Source: Candidatus Omnitrophota bacterium (GTDB lineage: Bacteria > Omnitrophota > Gorgyraeia > Zapsychrales > Zapsychraceae). Taken from it: DNA of 64,000 bases. Under the pieces are notes generated by a model. That model searched no databases, was not told the DNA's origin, and was given only the letters and a program-made list of their open reading frames with translations. The position numbers and the translations under genes were made by a program. Numbering within the stretch: position 1 is the stretch's first letter; each line of letters begins with the position of its first letter. The stretch lies in contig JBFWOS010000002.1 of assembly GCA_050250375.1 (NCBI GenBank), forward strand, positions 645,149 to 709,148, in the 5' to 3' direction. Shown piece by piece: positions 1 to 10,109 of this stretch.

Positions 1-837
1 CTCCGCGACCGGAGGCATCAGGGGCGGTTATGTGGTAGGCATCCGATGTCCGTCCATAACCGGCCATTTCAGCAATGATTGGAGCCCCGCGTTTTTTCGC
101 GTGTTCCAACGTTTCGAGGATCGCCACACCTGCTCCTTCTGCCATCACAAACCCGTCCCGTTCTTTGTCAAAGGGCCGGGATGCACCTTGCGGGTCATCA
201 TTGCGCTGGCTTAAGGCCTTGAGCGCACAAAACCCACCGACACCAAGAATGGTTGTCGCGCTTTCCGTCCCTCCGGCTAACATGACATCGACATCACCGT
301 ATTGTAAAAAACGATAAGCATCACCGATCGCGTTGGTGGCGGTTGAACATGCGGTCGCGACACATGTGGCCGGGCCAAGAGCCCCCATTTCGATGGAAAC
401 CTGTCCGGCAGCTTCATTGATAATTATTTTTGGAATCAAATGCGGTGATAACCGGCCGGGGCCTTTTTCAATAAATTTCTGGTATTCAGATTCGGCCGTT
501 CCGATACTGCCAATGCCGGAACCGAGTAAAACACCCACCCGGTCACGGTCAACAGAATCCATGTTTAATCTTGCATTTTTGACGGCTTCGCGGCTGGCAA
601 CGGCGGCAAACTGGACGAATCGGGATAAATTTCTGGCTTCTTTCGTCGAAAAATAATTCAACGGATCGTATTCATTGATATGTCCGGAAATCCTGGAATC
701 AAATTGGCTGACATCAAAATGGGTAATGGTCGTTATCCCGCTTTTTCCGGCTTTCAGGGATTCCCAGAAACTTGCAACGTCCATACCAACGGGGGAAATG
801 ACGCCTAACCCAGTGATTACAATGCGTTTTTTTTCCA
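1..837 (-). CDS. fabF: 3-oxoacyl-ACP synthase II, 3' partial; gene runs off the left edge
   Basis: The reverse complement from 837 translates to MEKKRIVITGLGVISPVGMDV..., a typical KAS II N-terminus. The reading frame stays open to position 1. It sits downstream of acpP in the usual fabG-acpP-fabF order. Not in the ORF track because its stop lies outside the window. Confidence 0.8.
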
Positions 838-853
838 TATTATTAAAGATAAG

Positions 854-875
854 GCCTCGGCGTAAAAGCCGAGGC
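854..875 (-). terminator. Stem-loop gcctcggc-N6-gccgaggc between acpP and fabF, a possible attenuator or terminator
   Basis: An 8 bp perfect inverted repeat is read directly from the sequence. An acpP-fabF intergenic hairpin is common in bacteria. Confidence 0.4.
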
Positions 876-913
876 ACCTGTTTTAGATCTTTGGAGCGGA
901 ATCCACAAGCCGA

Positions 914-1156
914 TTACGCGCTTGCGTTTCCCTTTTCATTTATATATTTTATGGCGTCACCAACCGTCGTCATCTTTTCGGCATCTTCATCAGGGATTTC
1001 AACGCTGAACTCTTCTTCTAAGGCCATGATTAATTCAACGGTATCCAGAGAATCAGCTCCGAGGTCATCAATAAAAGATGCCTCAGGGGTAACTTCCTCT
1101 TCTTTGACCCCGAGTTGTTCAGCGATTATTGATTTTATCTTTTCTTCAACTGCCAT
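914..1156 (-). CDS. acpP: Acyl carrier protein
   Basis: 80 aa acidic protein with the phosphopantetheine attachment motif [12 protein letters not shown]. Confidence 0.92.
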   Translation of the reverse strand: MAVEEKIKSIIAEQLGVKEEEVTPEASFIDDLGADSLDTVELIMALEEEFSVEIPDEDAEKMTTVGDAIKYINEKGNASA

Positions 1157-1189
1157 GTATATTCCTCCTTGGAAAGGTTGCTCTATAAA

Positions 1190-1930
1190 TTAAATCGCCA
1201 TCCCGCCATCGACAACGATTGTTTGTCCTGTTATATAACTGGCTTCATCAGAAGCCAGAAATAGACACGTCCCGGCGACATCGCTCGGTTTTCCGAATTT
1301 TCCTAATGGAATCTTTTTCAGTAGGTATTCCTGTGCAGAATTTTTGAGTTGAGCCGTCATATCTGTTTCAATATATCCTGGCGCTACGCTGTTTACCGTT
1401 ATTCCGCGTGAAGCAAATTCTTTGGCAACGGATTTTGTAAAGCCGATCATTCCCGCTTTACTCGCGGCGTAGTTTGCCTGTCCCGTATTGCCAATCATTC
1501 CAATGATCGAAGAAATATTGATAATTCTGCCTTTTTTTGCTTTCAACATTATTTTGGTAATGACTTTCGTACAGTTGAAAACACCTCGGAGATTGATATT
1601 CATCACATCATCCCAGTCGGATTCACTCATCCGGAGCAATAAATTATCTTTGGTAATGCCTGCGTTGTTAACTAATATATCAATGCCCCTATATTTGTCA
1701 AGAATTTTGTTAACGATTTCATTGACATTTGCAAGGTTTGTCACGTCGCAGGCAAAAGAATCGGCCTGAAGGCCTTCTTTAACAATTTCCGCACAAACCG
1801 TTCGAGCCAATTCGGCATCACGGCCCAAAATGATCACAACTGCGCCTTCAAAGGCAAAACTTCGGGCGATTTCTTTCCCGATCCCGCGGGTCGATCCGGT
1901 CACCATCACCACTTTGTTTTTAAACCGCAT
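1190..1930 (-). CDS. fabG: 3-oxoacyl-ACP reductase
   Basis: SDR with TGSTRGIGKEIA Rossmann motif and the YAASKAG active-site motif. Lies directly upstream of acpP. Confidence 0.9.
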   Translation of the reverse strand: MRFKNKVVMVTGSTRGIGKEIARSFAFEGAVVIILGRDAELARTVCAEIVKEGLQADSFACDVTNLANVNEIVNKILDKYRGIDILVNNAGITKDNLLLRMSESDWDDVMNINLRGVFNCTKVITKIMLKAKKGRIINISSIIGMIGNTGQANYAASKAGMIGFTKSVAKEFASRGITVNSVAPGYIETDMTAQLKNSAQEYLLKKIPLGKFGKPSDVAGTCLFLASDEASYITGQTIVVDGGMAI

Positions 1931-2004
1931 AAGCTCTCATTTGTTCTGCTTTAATTTATCGCTATAATATCAAGCCGTTCTTATATTTCAAGGAAAAAAA
2001 TAAA

Positions 2005-2436
2005 TTAAATATCAATGTCATTATAATTGTCCGGGGGAGTAGTCCGGGAGTGGATATGAACGGCGTTCCCCGTTTTGATCATCTCTTCCATCTTCTTTTG
2101 AACAAGGAGTTTGATTATGGACCGGGTGACCGGAATTAATAAAAAAAGTCCGATCACATCCGAGACAAAACCGGGTGTCAAAAGGACTATACCTCCGGTC
2201 AGGATCATCAGACCGTCCAGTAGTTCAGCGCTGGGTAACTGACCCCGCTCAAGGCTGGCTTTAATTTTATTGAGGACAATAAAGCCCTGCATTCTGGCCA
2301 AAGATGCTCCAACCACACCGGTTACAATAATCAGCAGGATTGTGTTGAGGGCACCGATATGACTGCCTACTTCTATTAATATCAGGAGTTCAATCGCCGG
2401 TAATACGGTAAATAGGATGATCAGATAAGGAAACAT
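2005..2436 (-). CDS. fxsA: FxsA family inner membrane protein
   Basis: 143 aa with two N-terminal transmembrane helices and an FxsA-like LLIPVTRS-type region. Confidence 0.55.
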   Translation of the reverse strand: MFPYLIILFTVLPAIELLILIEVGSHIGALNTILLIIVTGVVGASLARMQGFIVLNKIKASLERGQLPSAELLDGLMILTGGIVLLTPGFVSDVIGLFLLIPVTRSIIKLLVQKKMEEMIKTGNAVHIHSRTTPPDNYNDIDI

Positions 2437-2437
2437 G

Positions 2438-2824
2438 TTAATAATCCAGATTAGGGATTAGTTGCAAGACAGATTTTTTTAAGAAATCACGTTCGTAAAA
2501 GTCCTGGTCCACCACGGTCTTGTTAAAAACGATCACATCAAGATCAATCGTCCGTGGGCCGGATTTGATTTCGGAGCGTTTCCGCTCCAGGGTCTGTTCC
2601 AATAATTTGAGGCGCTGCGTCAATTCCTCCCTGCTGAGGTCGGTTTCAATATGAACCGACCCGTTAATGAAATCATCCTGCTGGGTATAACCAATCGGTT
2701 TGGTCTGTATAAAATCGGATTCACCCAAAACCCGGAAATTCTCCCGGAGCAAAAGACGCGCTTTTTCGATATTGGCCTGCGGGTCAATGTTTGACCCCAG
2801 GCCGATGACAGCCTGGTTCTTCAT
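2438..2824 (-). CDS. folK: 2-amino-4-hydroxy-6-hydroxymethyldihydropteridine pyrophosphokinase
   Basis: Begins AVIGLGSNI and contains RTIDLDVI and YERDF, the classic HPPK signature. Confidence 0.85.
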   Translation of the reverse strand: MKNQAVIGLGSNIDPQANIEKARLLLRENFRVLGESDFIQTKPIGYTQQDDFINGSVHIETDLSREELTQRLKLLEQTLERKRSEIKSGPRTIDLDVIVFNKTVVDQDFYERDFLKKSVLQLIPNLDY

Positions 2825-3174
2825 GTTCGTTTTTGAGTTAATTCAATGGAGACGCTGTCGGCAAACCTTAAGGCAAACGGTTTATCAACTTTAACGGTTG
2901 CTTCCTGAATAAGCGGGTCATCCATAATTATGGTTAACACGGTATCAGCCAGTTTTTCAATCAGGTAGAAATTGGATTGTTCAACCTTCTGTATGACTTT
3001 TTTGGTTATTTTTTTATAATCAACGGTATCTTGCAGTTTATCCGAGTCGATGGATTTCTTGGGGTCAAAATGAAGCCGGATGTTGATCACCACATCCTGT
3101 TTGTGATCACGTTCCCAGTCGTTGGCCCCGATAATGGTTCGAAGTCGGAGATTTTCGATATGAATAATAGCCAT
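2821..3174 (-). CDS. folB: Dihydroneopterin aldolase; the ORF extends to 3249 but the likely start is MAIIHIENL
   Basis: IENLRLRTIIGANDWER matches the FolB N-terminus. Starting at 3174 avoids overlap with the upstream SDR. Confidence 0.75.
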   Translation of the reverse strand: MAIIHIENLRLRTIIGANDWERDHKQDVVINIRLHFDPKKSIDSDKLQDTVDYKKITKKVIQKVEQSNFYLIEKLADTVLTIIMDDPLIQEATVKVDKPFALRFADSVSIELTQKRT

Positions 3175-3187
3175 CAGATTCCTTAGG

Positions 3188-3991
3188 TTAAAGTAAATGT
3201 TCTCCACCGTCAGCATAAATGATCTGTCCGGTGAGATAGTCATTGTCAATTAAGAATTGTATGGTTCGGGTGATATTTTGTAAAGCCCCCTTGCGTTTTA
3301 ATGGGACATTTTTGGCCAGGCGGTTGAGATATCCGGTTTCTTCTTTTTCAGGCGGAAGGATCAGCCCCGGGGCGATTCCGTTGACCCGGATCAGCGGGGC
3401 CAGCGCCGCCGCGGACATTTCCGTTAAATGAAGAAGAGTTTTTTTCGACAATAGGTACGAAAAATGTTTCGTCGAGTGTTTAACAATGTTTGTATCCAGG
3501 ATATTGATAATTTGTCCCTTTTTACATGTGTTCGCGAAGGTTTGCGTCAATAAAAACGGTGTCCGGACATGAAGGTGAAGGTTTTTCTCAAATTGGTTAA
3601 GGGTCGTGTCTTTCAGACCATCCGGTTCAAACACGGACGCATTATTAATCAAAACGGACAACCGGGGGAATGATTTCTTCACTTCACGGATCAGTTTTTT
3701 GGTTTTTTCGGCGTTATTTAAGTCGCAGGGAAAGATGCCCGCATGAGCCCCTTTCTTTTTTAATTCTTTCGAAAGATCAAGGGCCTCCTTTCGGGAACGG
3801 TTATAATGGATGGCGACATCAAAACCCATTTCCGCCAGTTTAATGCAGATGGCTTTTCCGATCCTCCGTGACCCGCCTGTGACCAAAGCACATTGATGAG
3901 AAGATTTCGTGTTCATAAGCATGTGAATCATAACATAGCCCCTGTTTGAAGTCAATCCGCAAACAACAGCAAAGTGTTCCATTAAAGCCAT
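3188..3991 (-). CDS. Short-chain dehydrogenase/reductase, candidate pteridine reductase; true start probably near 3916
   Basis: ALVTGGSRRIGKAI Rossmann motif and an SDR fold. It lies in an operon with folB and folK, which suggests a FolM/PTR1-like role by inference. Confidence 0.6.
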   Translation of the reverse strand: MALMEHFAVVCGLTSNRGYVMIHMLMNTKSSHQCALVTGGSRRIGKAICIKLAEMGFDVAIHYNRSRKEALDLSKELKKKGAHAGIFPCDLNNAEKTKKLIREVKKSFPRLSVLINNASVFEPDGLKDTTLNQFEKNLHLHVRTPFLLTQTFANTCKKGQIINILDTNIVKHSTKHFSYLLSKKTLLHLTEMSAAALAPLIRVNGIAPGLILPPEKEETGYLNRLAKNVPLKRKGALQNITRTIQFLIDNDYLTGQIIYADGGEHLL

Positions 3992-4064
3992 TTAGAGGAG
4001 TAATTCATCCTTGTGCTGGCAAACATGTATGCTATAATACGCCTCTAATATAAGGATTAATATC

Positions 4065-4868
4065 ATGATACCTATTAATGATTATCATATGCACACCCCT
4101 TTATGCGGCCATGCGGTCGGTTTACCGGCTGAATATGCCCGGAATGCCGTTAAAGTTGGCCTGGAGGAAATCGGGTTCTCAGACCACGCCCCGTTTGTCC
4201 ATATGGTTGATCCTGGTGTAACCATGAGCGAAGCCCAATTGCCGGAATACTATAAAATGATTGAAGAAGTCCAGCATCAATATAAAAATGAGCTAAGGAT
4301 CAAAGTGGCCATTGAAGCGGATTTTATCCCCGGCTATGAAGACAAGACGCAGGCCATTCTGAGTGATTATCCGTACGATTATGTGATTGGTTCGGTCCAT
4401 TTTATCAAGGATTGGGGTTTTGATGATCCCTCTCAACGGAATCAATGGGACGAGCAGGATGTGAATGCCGTTTATAGAGACTATTATGAACTGCTTCGTC
4501 AATGCGCAAAATCCGGGATGTACGACATCATGGCCCATTGTGATTTGGTAAAAAAGTTCGGCCATCAACCGACGGTTGACTTAATCGAAGAAATCCGGCG
4601 GACCGCCCAGGTGTTTAAAGAAACCGGGGTGGCCATTGAAATCAATACGTCCGGTTGGCGCAAGCCCTGCAAGGAACAGTATCCGGCGCTCCATTGCCTG
4701 GAGATTTATGCGGACCACCAGATCCCCTTAACCTTCGGTTCCGATGCACATGATCCAAAGGACGTCGGGGCGGATTTTACCCGGGCCCTTGATTTGGTCA
4801 AGGCCGCGGGATTTAAAGAATATGTCCTTTTCAAACAAAGAAAGATCGAACGGAGCATACAATTATGA
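4065..4868 (+). CDS. PHP-family histidinol-phosphatase-like metal-dependent phosphoesterase
   Basis: N-terminal DYHMHTPLCGHA, typical of HisK/PHP phosphatases. Confidence 0.7.
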   Translation: MIPINDYHMHTPLCGHAVGLPAEYARNAVKVGLEEIGFSDHAPFVHMVDPGVTMSEAQLPEYYKMIEEVQHQYKNELRIKVAIEADFIPGYEDKTQAILSDYPYDYVIGSVHFIKDWGFDDPSQRNQWDEQDVNAVYRDYYELLRQCAKSGMYDIMAHCDLVKKFGHQPTVDLIEEIRRTAQVFKETGVAIEINTSGWRKPCKEQYPALHCLEIYADHQIPLTFGSDAHDPKDVGADFTRALDLVKAAGFKEYVLFKQRKIERSIQL

Positions 4869-5326
4869 GTCATATTTTAGGGATTGACCATGTGGCCATC
4901 AACGTCAGGAATATTGACCAGTCGGTCGAATTTTATACTCAAGTCGTCGGGTTGAAAATTACTGATCGGGAACCCTCCAAGCCGGGCATTGAATATTTCC
5001 TGGATGCGGGTCCCTCTCTGATCGGGATTATCCAGGCCGATAACCTGGACGATGAGCATCCGTTTGCGCATACAGGTTTAGGCGCCAACCATTTTTCATT
5101 CCGTGTGCATGCGGATGATTTTGAACCTTTTATTCAACGCCTGGAAAAACATCACGTACGGATCGAATACGCGAAGAAAAGACCGAAATCCTGGTCACTC
5201 TATTTTTATGACATAGATGGTAACAAAGTTGAAGCCACGTCCTGGCCGCTTGAAGATGGTCTGTCCAGTGACCGGATCAAGCTGGAAAAATATGACCCAT
5301 CTGACAAACAGTGGAAAGCTTATTAA
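4865..5326 (+). CDS. VOC/glyoxalase family protein
   Basis: GIDHVAINVRNIDQSVEFY is a glyoxalase-fold motif. Its start overlaps the preceding stop by 4 nt. Confidence 0.6.
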   Translation: MSHILGIDHVAINVRNIDQSVEFYTQVVGLKITDREPSKPGIEYFLDAGPSLIGIIQADNLDDEHPFAHTGLGANHFSFRVHADDFEPFIQRLEKHHVRIEYAKKRPKSWSLYFYDIDGNKVEATSWPLEDGLSSDRIKLEKYDPSDKQWKAY

Positions 5327-5336
5327 CGGAGAATTA

Positions 5337-5810
5337 ATGATGACGCTGCACGAAGGTGATCAGGCCCCGGACTTTTCGTTACCTGCCAGTAATGGTGAAG
5401 AGGTGTCCCTGGGCGATTTTAGAGACAAGAACAGGGTCGTCCTCTATTTTTATCCCAAAGATGATACCCCGGGCTGCACCGTGGAAGCCTGTGGTTTTAA
5501 GGACGAGATCCATTCATTTATCTTACAAAATGCGGTCGTGATCGGTATTAGTCCGGATTCAATTAAACATCATGAGAAATTCATCATGAAATATGATCTT
5601 CCTTTTCTTTTGTTAAGTGACGAAGATAAAAAAACGTGTCAGGATTACGGGGTCTGGATTAAGAAGAGTATGTACGGACGTCAATATATGGGGGTGGACC
5701 GCAAGACCTTCCTGATTGCCAAAGACGGGACGATTGTTAAAATTTTTGATAAAGTAAAACCGAGCGGACACAACCTTGAAGTCCTCGAGGTTTTAAAAAC
5801 GGACCGATAA
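5337..5810 (+). CDS. bcp: Thiol peroxidase, Bcp-type peroxiredoxin
   Basis: YFYPKDDTPGCTVEAC peroxidatic cysteine motif. Start chosen at MMTLHEGDQAPDF rather than the upstream in-frame ATG of the ORF track. Confidence 0.8.
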   Translation: MMTLHEGDQAPDFSLPASNGEEVSLGDFRDKNRVVLYFYPKDDTPGCTVEACGFKDEIHSFILQNAVVIGISPDSIKHHEKFIMKYDLPFLLLSDEDKKTCQDYGVWIKKSMYGRQYMGVDRKTFLIAKDGTIVKIFDKVKPSGHNLEVLEVLKTDR

Positions 5811-5813
5811 CCT

Positions 5814-7505
5814 ATGCGATTTCTCACGGCCAAATCTTCTCATTTTATTTTTGCCGCACTCTGTATCACGATTGTGTCGGGCGTCTGTTATTTTTCGACG
5901 CTTTCGGCTCCCTTTTTATGGGACGACCAATATCTGGTTGTCAATAATCCACAGATAAAAAATCCGGCCAAAAGTGAAGAATTATTTACCAGCACCATCG
6001 GGCAGGATACCATTCAGCATTCTTATTACCGGCCGCTGCAGATGTTGAGTTATATGCTCGACCATTTATTCTGGAAGGATGAACCGCTGGGGTTTCACTT
6101 GACCAATGTTTTCCTTCATGCCCTGGCCGGGATTTGTTTGATGGAATTTTTATGGATCCTGTCTCTGAGCCGGTGGACGGCGTTATACGCCGCGCTCCTT
6201 TTTGTTTCGCATCCGGTCCATACGGAAGCGGTCTCTTACATTTCCGGACGGGCGGATCCGCTGGTCGCGGTCTTCACATTCTTGACGATTGGGACGTATA
6301 TTTACTCTTGCAAGAAAAACTCGCCCATCAAATCATCCCTTCATGTTTTATTCGGATTGGCCTTTTATGTCATGGCCCTTTTATCCAAGGAACAGGCCGT
6401 GATCATTCCGTTTATGTTGATTTTGTATCATATCTCTTATAAATCCAAAATTCGCTGGGCGGCTATTATTCCGTTTTTTTTAATCACGGCCGGTTATGCG
6501 GCGGTTCGGATCCTCGGGCTTTTTTTTACGGCCGTGCAGCTGGATGCCTCTTCCGGAACAAGTTTAAGCGAACGATTACCGGGGGCTTTTGTGGCCCTAT
6601 TTTCTTATATCCGTTTGTTGCTCCTTCCGGTCAATTTACATATGGGGTACGGTCAGCAGACATTTGAGTTCGGAGATTCCCAGGTCTCGGCAGGGTTTTC
6701 CATCTTTTTGTTGATGATGATCCTTTTCTTTAAACAGCGGCGGGATTATCCGTTGATGAGTTTTGCGATCGGCTGGTTTTTACTGGGCCTGATTCCCGTC
6801 TCCAATCTGATTCCGGTCAATGCTTATATGGCGGAACATTGGCTTTATCTGCCGTCGGTCGGTTATTTTATTTTGTTCGGGATGTTTTTCGGATTTTTAT
6901 ACAAACGGATTCCCGGGAAATGGTTTATTGAAGGATTATTTTCGATCTTTTTGGTTTTTCAGATTATTCTAACCGTCCAGCAAAATCAGGTCTGGAAAGA
7001 TCCGGTGGCGCTTTATTCCAGGGTTTTGATGCATAACCCGTCTTTTGTCAAAGCACATTATAATCTGGCCAATACACTTGTCTCCCGCGGAGAATTTGAT
7101 CAGGCGATCCAGCACTATCAGGCAGCCATTCAGTCCAATCCGCGTTACGCCGATGCCCAAAACAATCTGGGGGTTGCCTATCAGAAAAAAGGCGACCTGA
7201 GCCACGCATACCGTTGTTATCTGAATGCCCTGGAAATTAATCCTCATCATGTTGACGCGAATAATAATATCGGGAATATCCTGACCCAACAAGGCCGCTA
7301 CGAAGAAGCGGCCATCTATTTTCAGAAAATTTTGAACGTAAATCCCAATTATGCGGGGGCGTATAACAATTTGGGAATCCTCTATGCCCGCCAGGGCCAA
7401 TATAAGAAAGCGGTTGAATATATCAACCGTGCGCTTGCCATCGATCCGCATTTCCAGGAAGCCCTGGATAATCTAAAAGATGTTAGCCAATATATAGAGA
7501 AGTAG
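5814..7505 (+). CDS. TMTC-like (DUF1736) polytopic membrane protein with C-terminal TPR repeats, a putative glycosyltransferase
   Basis: About 10 transmembrane helices in the N-terminal 400 aa, then at least four TPR units (AHYNLANTL..., AQNNLGVAY..., ANNNIGNIL..., AYNNLGILY...). Confidence 0.65.
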   Translation: MRFLTAKSSHFIFAALCITIVSGVCYFSTLSAPFLWDDQYLVVNNPQIKNPAKSEELFTSTIGQDTIQHSYYRPLQMLSYMLDHLFWKDEPLGFHLTNVFLHALAGICLMEFLWILSLSRWTALYAALLFVSHPVHTEAVSYISGRADPLVAVFTFLTIGTYIYSCKKNSPIKSSLHVLFGLAFYVMALLSKEQAVIIPFMLILYHISYKSKIRWAAIIPFFLITAGYAAVRILGLFFTAVQLDASSGTSLSERLPGAFVALFSYIRLLLLPVNLHMGYGQQTFEFGDSQVSAGFSIFLLMMILFFKQRRDYPLMSFAIGWFLLGLIPVSNLIPVNAYMAEHWLYLPSVGYFILFGMFFGFLYKRIPGKWFIEGLFSIFLVFQIILTVQQNQVWKDPVALYSRVLMHNPSFVKAHYNLANTLVSRGEFDQAIQHYQAAIQSNPRYADAQNNLGVAYQKKGDLSHAYRCYLNALEINPHHVDANNNIGNILTQQGRYEEAAIYFQKILNVNPNYAGAYNNLGILYARQGQYKKAVEYINRALAIDPHFQEALDNLKDVSQYIEK

Positions 7506-7537
7506 AAAGTAACGTTGAGTGTGGAATTTTTTGAATG

Positions 7538-7568
7538 TCGGATGTTCTGAATTATCCGAATTTTTTTT
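7538..7568 (+). terminator. Rho-independent terminator, possibly bidirectional, between the convergent TMTC-like gene and ispG
   Basis: tcggat-N10-atccga followed by T8, read directly. It overlaps the ispG stop codon. Confidence 0.55.
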
Positions 7569-8766
7569 GGATATGCTTTTCGAGGATCACAATAAATTCG
7601 TCTTTGATATGATCCCCTTTTAAGGTAAGGGTCTTTTCACCGTTCTCGTAAACAGGCGCGACGGGTTCTTCCGATGCTCCTGGCAGGCTGATGCCGATAT
7701 CCGCATGCCGGCTCTCTCCCGGTCCGTTGACGACACATCCCATCACCGCGATCTTTAATTTTTCAACGCCGGGGTACTGCAGTTTCCAGGCAGGCATTTT
7801 CCGTTCGATATGATCGTTGATGTCCCGCGCAAGGATTTGAAAGAAATTACTGCTGGTGCGGCCGCATCCCGGGCAGCTGGTCACACTCGGCTTAAAATAA
7901 CGCATCCCCAGCGCCTGCAGGATATGTTTACAGACTTCGACCTCGCGTGAGCGCGGGACATCCGGTTGCGGGGTTAATGAGACCCGGATGGTATCGCCGA
8001 TTCCCTGCTGCAATAAAATCGCCAGGGCCGCGGCACTGGAAGCAATGCCCTGAACATTCGCACCGGCCTCGGTCAATCCGAGATGCAGGGCGTAATCACA
8101 TTGTTGGGCTAATCGAGAGTATACCGTCACCATGTCCTGAAGGATGGACATCTTCACGCTTAACACAATTTTATCCTTTTTCATTCCCAACGATTCAGCG
8201 AGCCGGGCGCTGGCCAAAGCGCTTTGAATCATGGCGTCAAACGTGACTTCTTTAAAATCCTTCGGCTCTTTTTGTCCCGCGTTTTCATCCATCAATTTAG
8301 TTAATAAATCTTGGTCTAGAGAACCCCAATTGACCCCGATACGGACCGGTTTGTCATGTTGAATCGCGATTTTAATGATCTGGGAAAAGTTCCCGTCATG
8401 GCGTTCTCCGCGTCCGACATTCCCCGGATTTATACGATATTTAGCCAGCGTACGGGCGCATTCCGGATGTTTCTGGAGCAAGGTATGTCCGTTAAAATGG
8501 AAGTCTCCGATAATGGGTGTTTTAAACCCTTTCTCACGTAGTTTTTGGATTATTTCTGGGACGCTTCGGGCCGCATCATCATCATTGACGGTCCAGCGGA
8601 CCATTTGGGAACCCGCTTCAATCAGGGAGACGGTCTGTTCAAACGTGGCCTTGATATCCGCCGTTGGGGTATCGGTCATGGACTGGACCACGACCGGAAA
8701 ATCTCCGCCTAAGGGGACATTCCCCACATGCACTGTTTGTGTTTTTCGTCTGGAAAGTTGTTCCAT
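7552..8766 (-). CDS. ispG: 4-hydroxy-3-methylbut-2-enyl diphosphate synthase
   Basis: GcpE family: VGNVPLGGD near the N-terminus and the C-terminal cysteine cluster [10 protein letters not shown]...[10 protein letters not shown]. Confidence 0.9.
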   Translation of the reverse strand: MEQLSRRKTQTVHVGNVPLGGDFPVVVQSMTDTPTADIKATFEQTVSLIEAGSQMVRWTVNDDDAARSVPEIIQKLREKGFKTPIIGDFHFNGHTLLQKHPECARTLAKYRINPGNVGRGERHDGNFSQIIKIAIQHDKPVRIGVNWGSLDQDLLTKLMDENAGQKEPKDFKEVTFDAMIQSALASARLAESLGMKKDKIVLSVKMSILQDMVTVYSRLAQQCDYALHLGLTEAGANVQGIASSAAALAILLQQGIGDTIRVSLTPQPDVPRSREVEVCKHILQALGMRYFKPSVTSCPGCGRTSSNFFQILARDINDHIERKMPAWKLQYPGVEKLKIAVMGCVVNGPGESRHADIGISLPGASEEPVAPVYENGEKTLTLKGDHIKDEFIVILEKHIQKKFG

Positions 8767-8921
8767 TTGATTTATAATGGTTTATATTTATAATTACTAG
8801 CGGGTGGTTTTTGCGGTTAACCCGTTTACGGAGTTTACTAATTTAAAAATCATGCTATAATGACACAATTCTCTGGGAGAAGCAAGCCCATTTCAACCAT
8901 TACAGAATAGAGGTCTATTGA

Positions 8922-9851
8922 ATGGATATTTATCTCGCAAAAACTCAGGGGTTCTGCGCCGGCGTTTCTTTTGCCATCGATATCGTGGATGAAGCGCTCA
9001 AGCGTTACGGCGCCCCGTTGTATGTCTATCATGAAATTGTGCACAACACTTATGTCGTCAACCAGTTCCGGGGAAAAGGCGTTATTTTTGTGGAAGATAT
9101 CAATGATGTCCCTGAGGGTTCCAGGATCATATTTTCCGCTCATGGTGTTCCGCCGACAGTCATTGAACAGGCCCGCAGCCGCAAACTGAAATATGTGGAT
9201 GCCACCTGCCCTTTGGTTACCAAAGTCCATAACGAAGCTGTAAAGTTTTCCAATCATGAATATGAGACGGTTCTTATCGGGCATCGAGGTCATCAGGAAC
9301 TAATCGGCACTTCGGGATACGTTGACCCGAAATATTTGCATATTGTCGAAGATGAAGCGGAAATTGACGGACTGAAAATCGACAAACAGGCCCGGGTGGC
9401 CTATATCACCCAGACGACGTTATCCGTTGATGATACGGAAGCGATGATCGAGAAACTTAAAGACAAGTTCCCGAACCTGAATGCCCCTCCCCGTTCGGAT
9501 TTGTGTTACGCGACTCAGAACCGCCAGGATTCTGTCAAGGAGCTGGCCAAGAAATGTGATGTCATCATAATCTGTGGTTCGCCCAACAGTTCAAACAGCA
9601 ACCGTTTGCGCGAAACAGGTGAAAAAGCCGGCTGTCCCAGTTATATTATCGACACGGCGGTCGAGCTGGATTTATCCGTTCTCGTTGGTAAAAAGAAAGT
9701 CGGGATCAGTTCCGGGGCCTCGGTCCCGCGGGTCATCGTGGATGAACTGGTCCATCGGATCCAGGAAAAATTCCCGAATTCCGAAGTCCATGAGTTTGAT
9801 AATCCTGAAAAGCATATTGTTTTTGCATTGCCGAAAGAATTAAGGGATTAA
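8922..9851 (+). CDS. ispH: 4-hydroxy-3-methylbut-2-enyl diphosphate reductase
   Basis: LytB family: GFCAGV, HEIVHN and SSNSNRL conserved blocks. Confidence 0.9.
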   Translation: MDIYLAKTQGFCAGVSFAIDIVDEALKRYGAPLYVYHEIVHNTYVVNQFRGKGVIFVEDINDVPEGSRIIFSAHGVPPTVIEQARSRKLKYVDATCPLVTKVHNEAVKFSNHEYETVLIGHRGHQELIGTSGYVDPKYLHIVEDEAEIDGLKIDKQARVAYITQTTLSVDDTEAMIEKLKDKFPNLNAPPRSDLCYATQNRQDSVKELAKKCDVIIICGSPNSSNSNRLRETGEKAGCPSYIIDTAVELDLSVLVGKKKVGISSGASVPRVIVDELVHRIQEKFPNSEVHEFDNPEKHIVFALPKELRD

Positions 9852-9853
9852 GC

Positions 9854-10108
9854 ATGGCGAAGTTAATCATTGATAATGTTGAACACGAAATTCCGGACGG
9901 GTCCAAGATTGATGAGATCTGTGAAAATGAAGGAATTCCGTTCAGCTGTAATTCGGGGGTTTGCGGGACCTGCCAGATTGAAGTGCAGGAAGGCCGTGAA
10001 AATTTGAATGACTTAAACGATGAAGAAAATGAACTCGGTATGGACCGCAATAACCGGCTAAGCTGTCAGTGCCGTATAATAAGCGGGACCGTTAAAATAA
10101 CATATTAA
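9854..10108 (+). CDS. 2Fe-2S ferredoxin
   Basis: 84 aa with C-x4-C-x2-C (CNSGVCGTC) and a fourth distal cysteine. Starts 2 nt after the ispH stop. Confidence 0.7.
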   Translation: MAKLIIDNVEHEIPDGSKIDEICENEGIPFSCNSGVCGTCQIEVQEGRENLNDLNDEENELGMDRNNRLSCQCRIISGTVKITY

Positions 10109-10109
10109 T

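Noticed and set aside
32-1193. Four plus-strand ORFs (32-214, 75-317, 333-656, 675-1193)
   Set aside because: They are shadow frames antisense to fabF (1-837, minus) and acpP. The minus-strand translation is a textbook KAS II N-terminus.
8850-9293. 147 aa minus-strand ORF
   Set aside because: It lies entirely antisense within ispH, whose identity is unambiguous.
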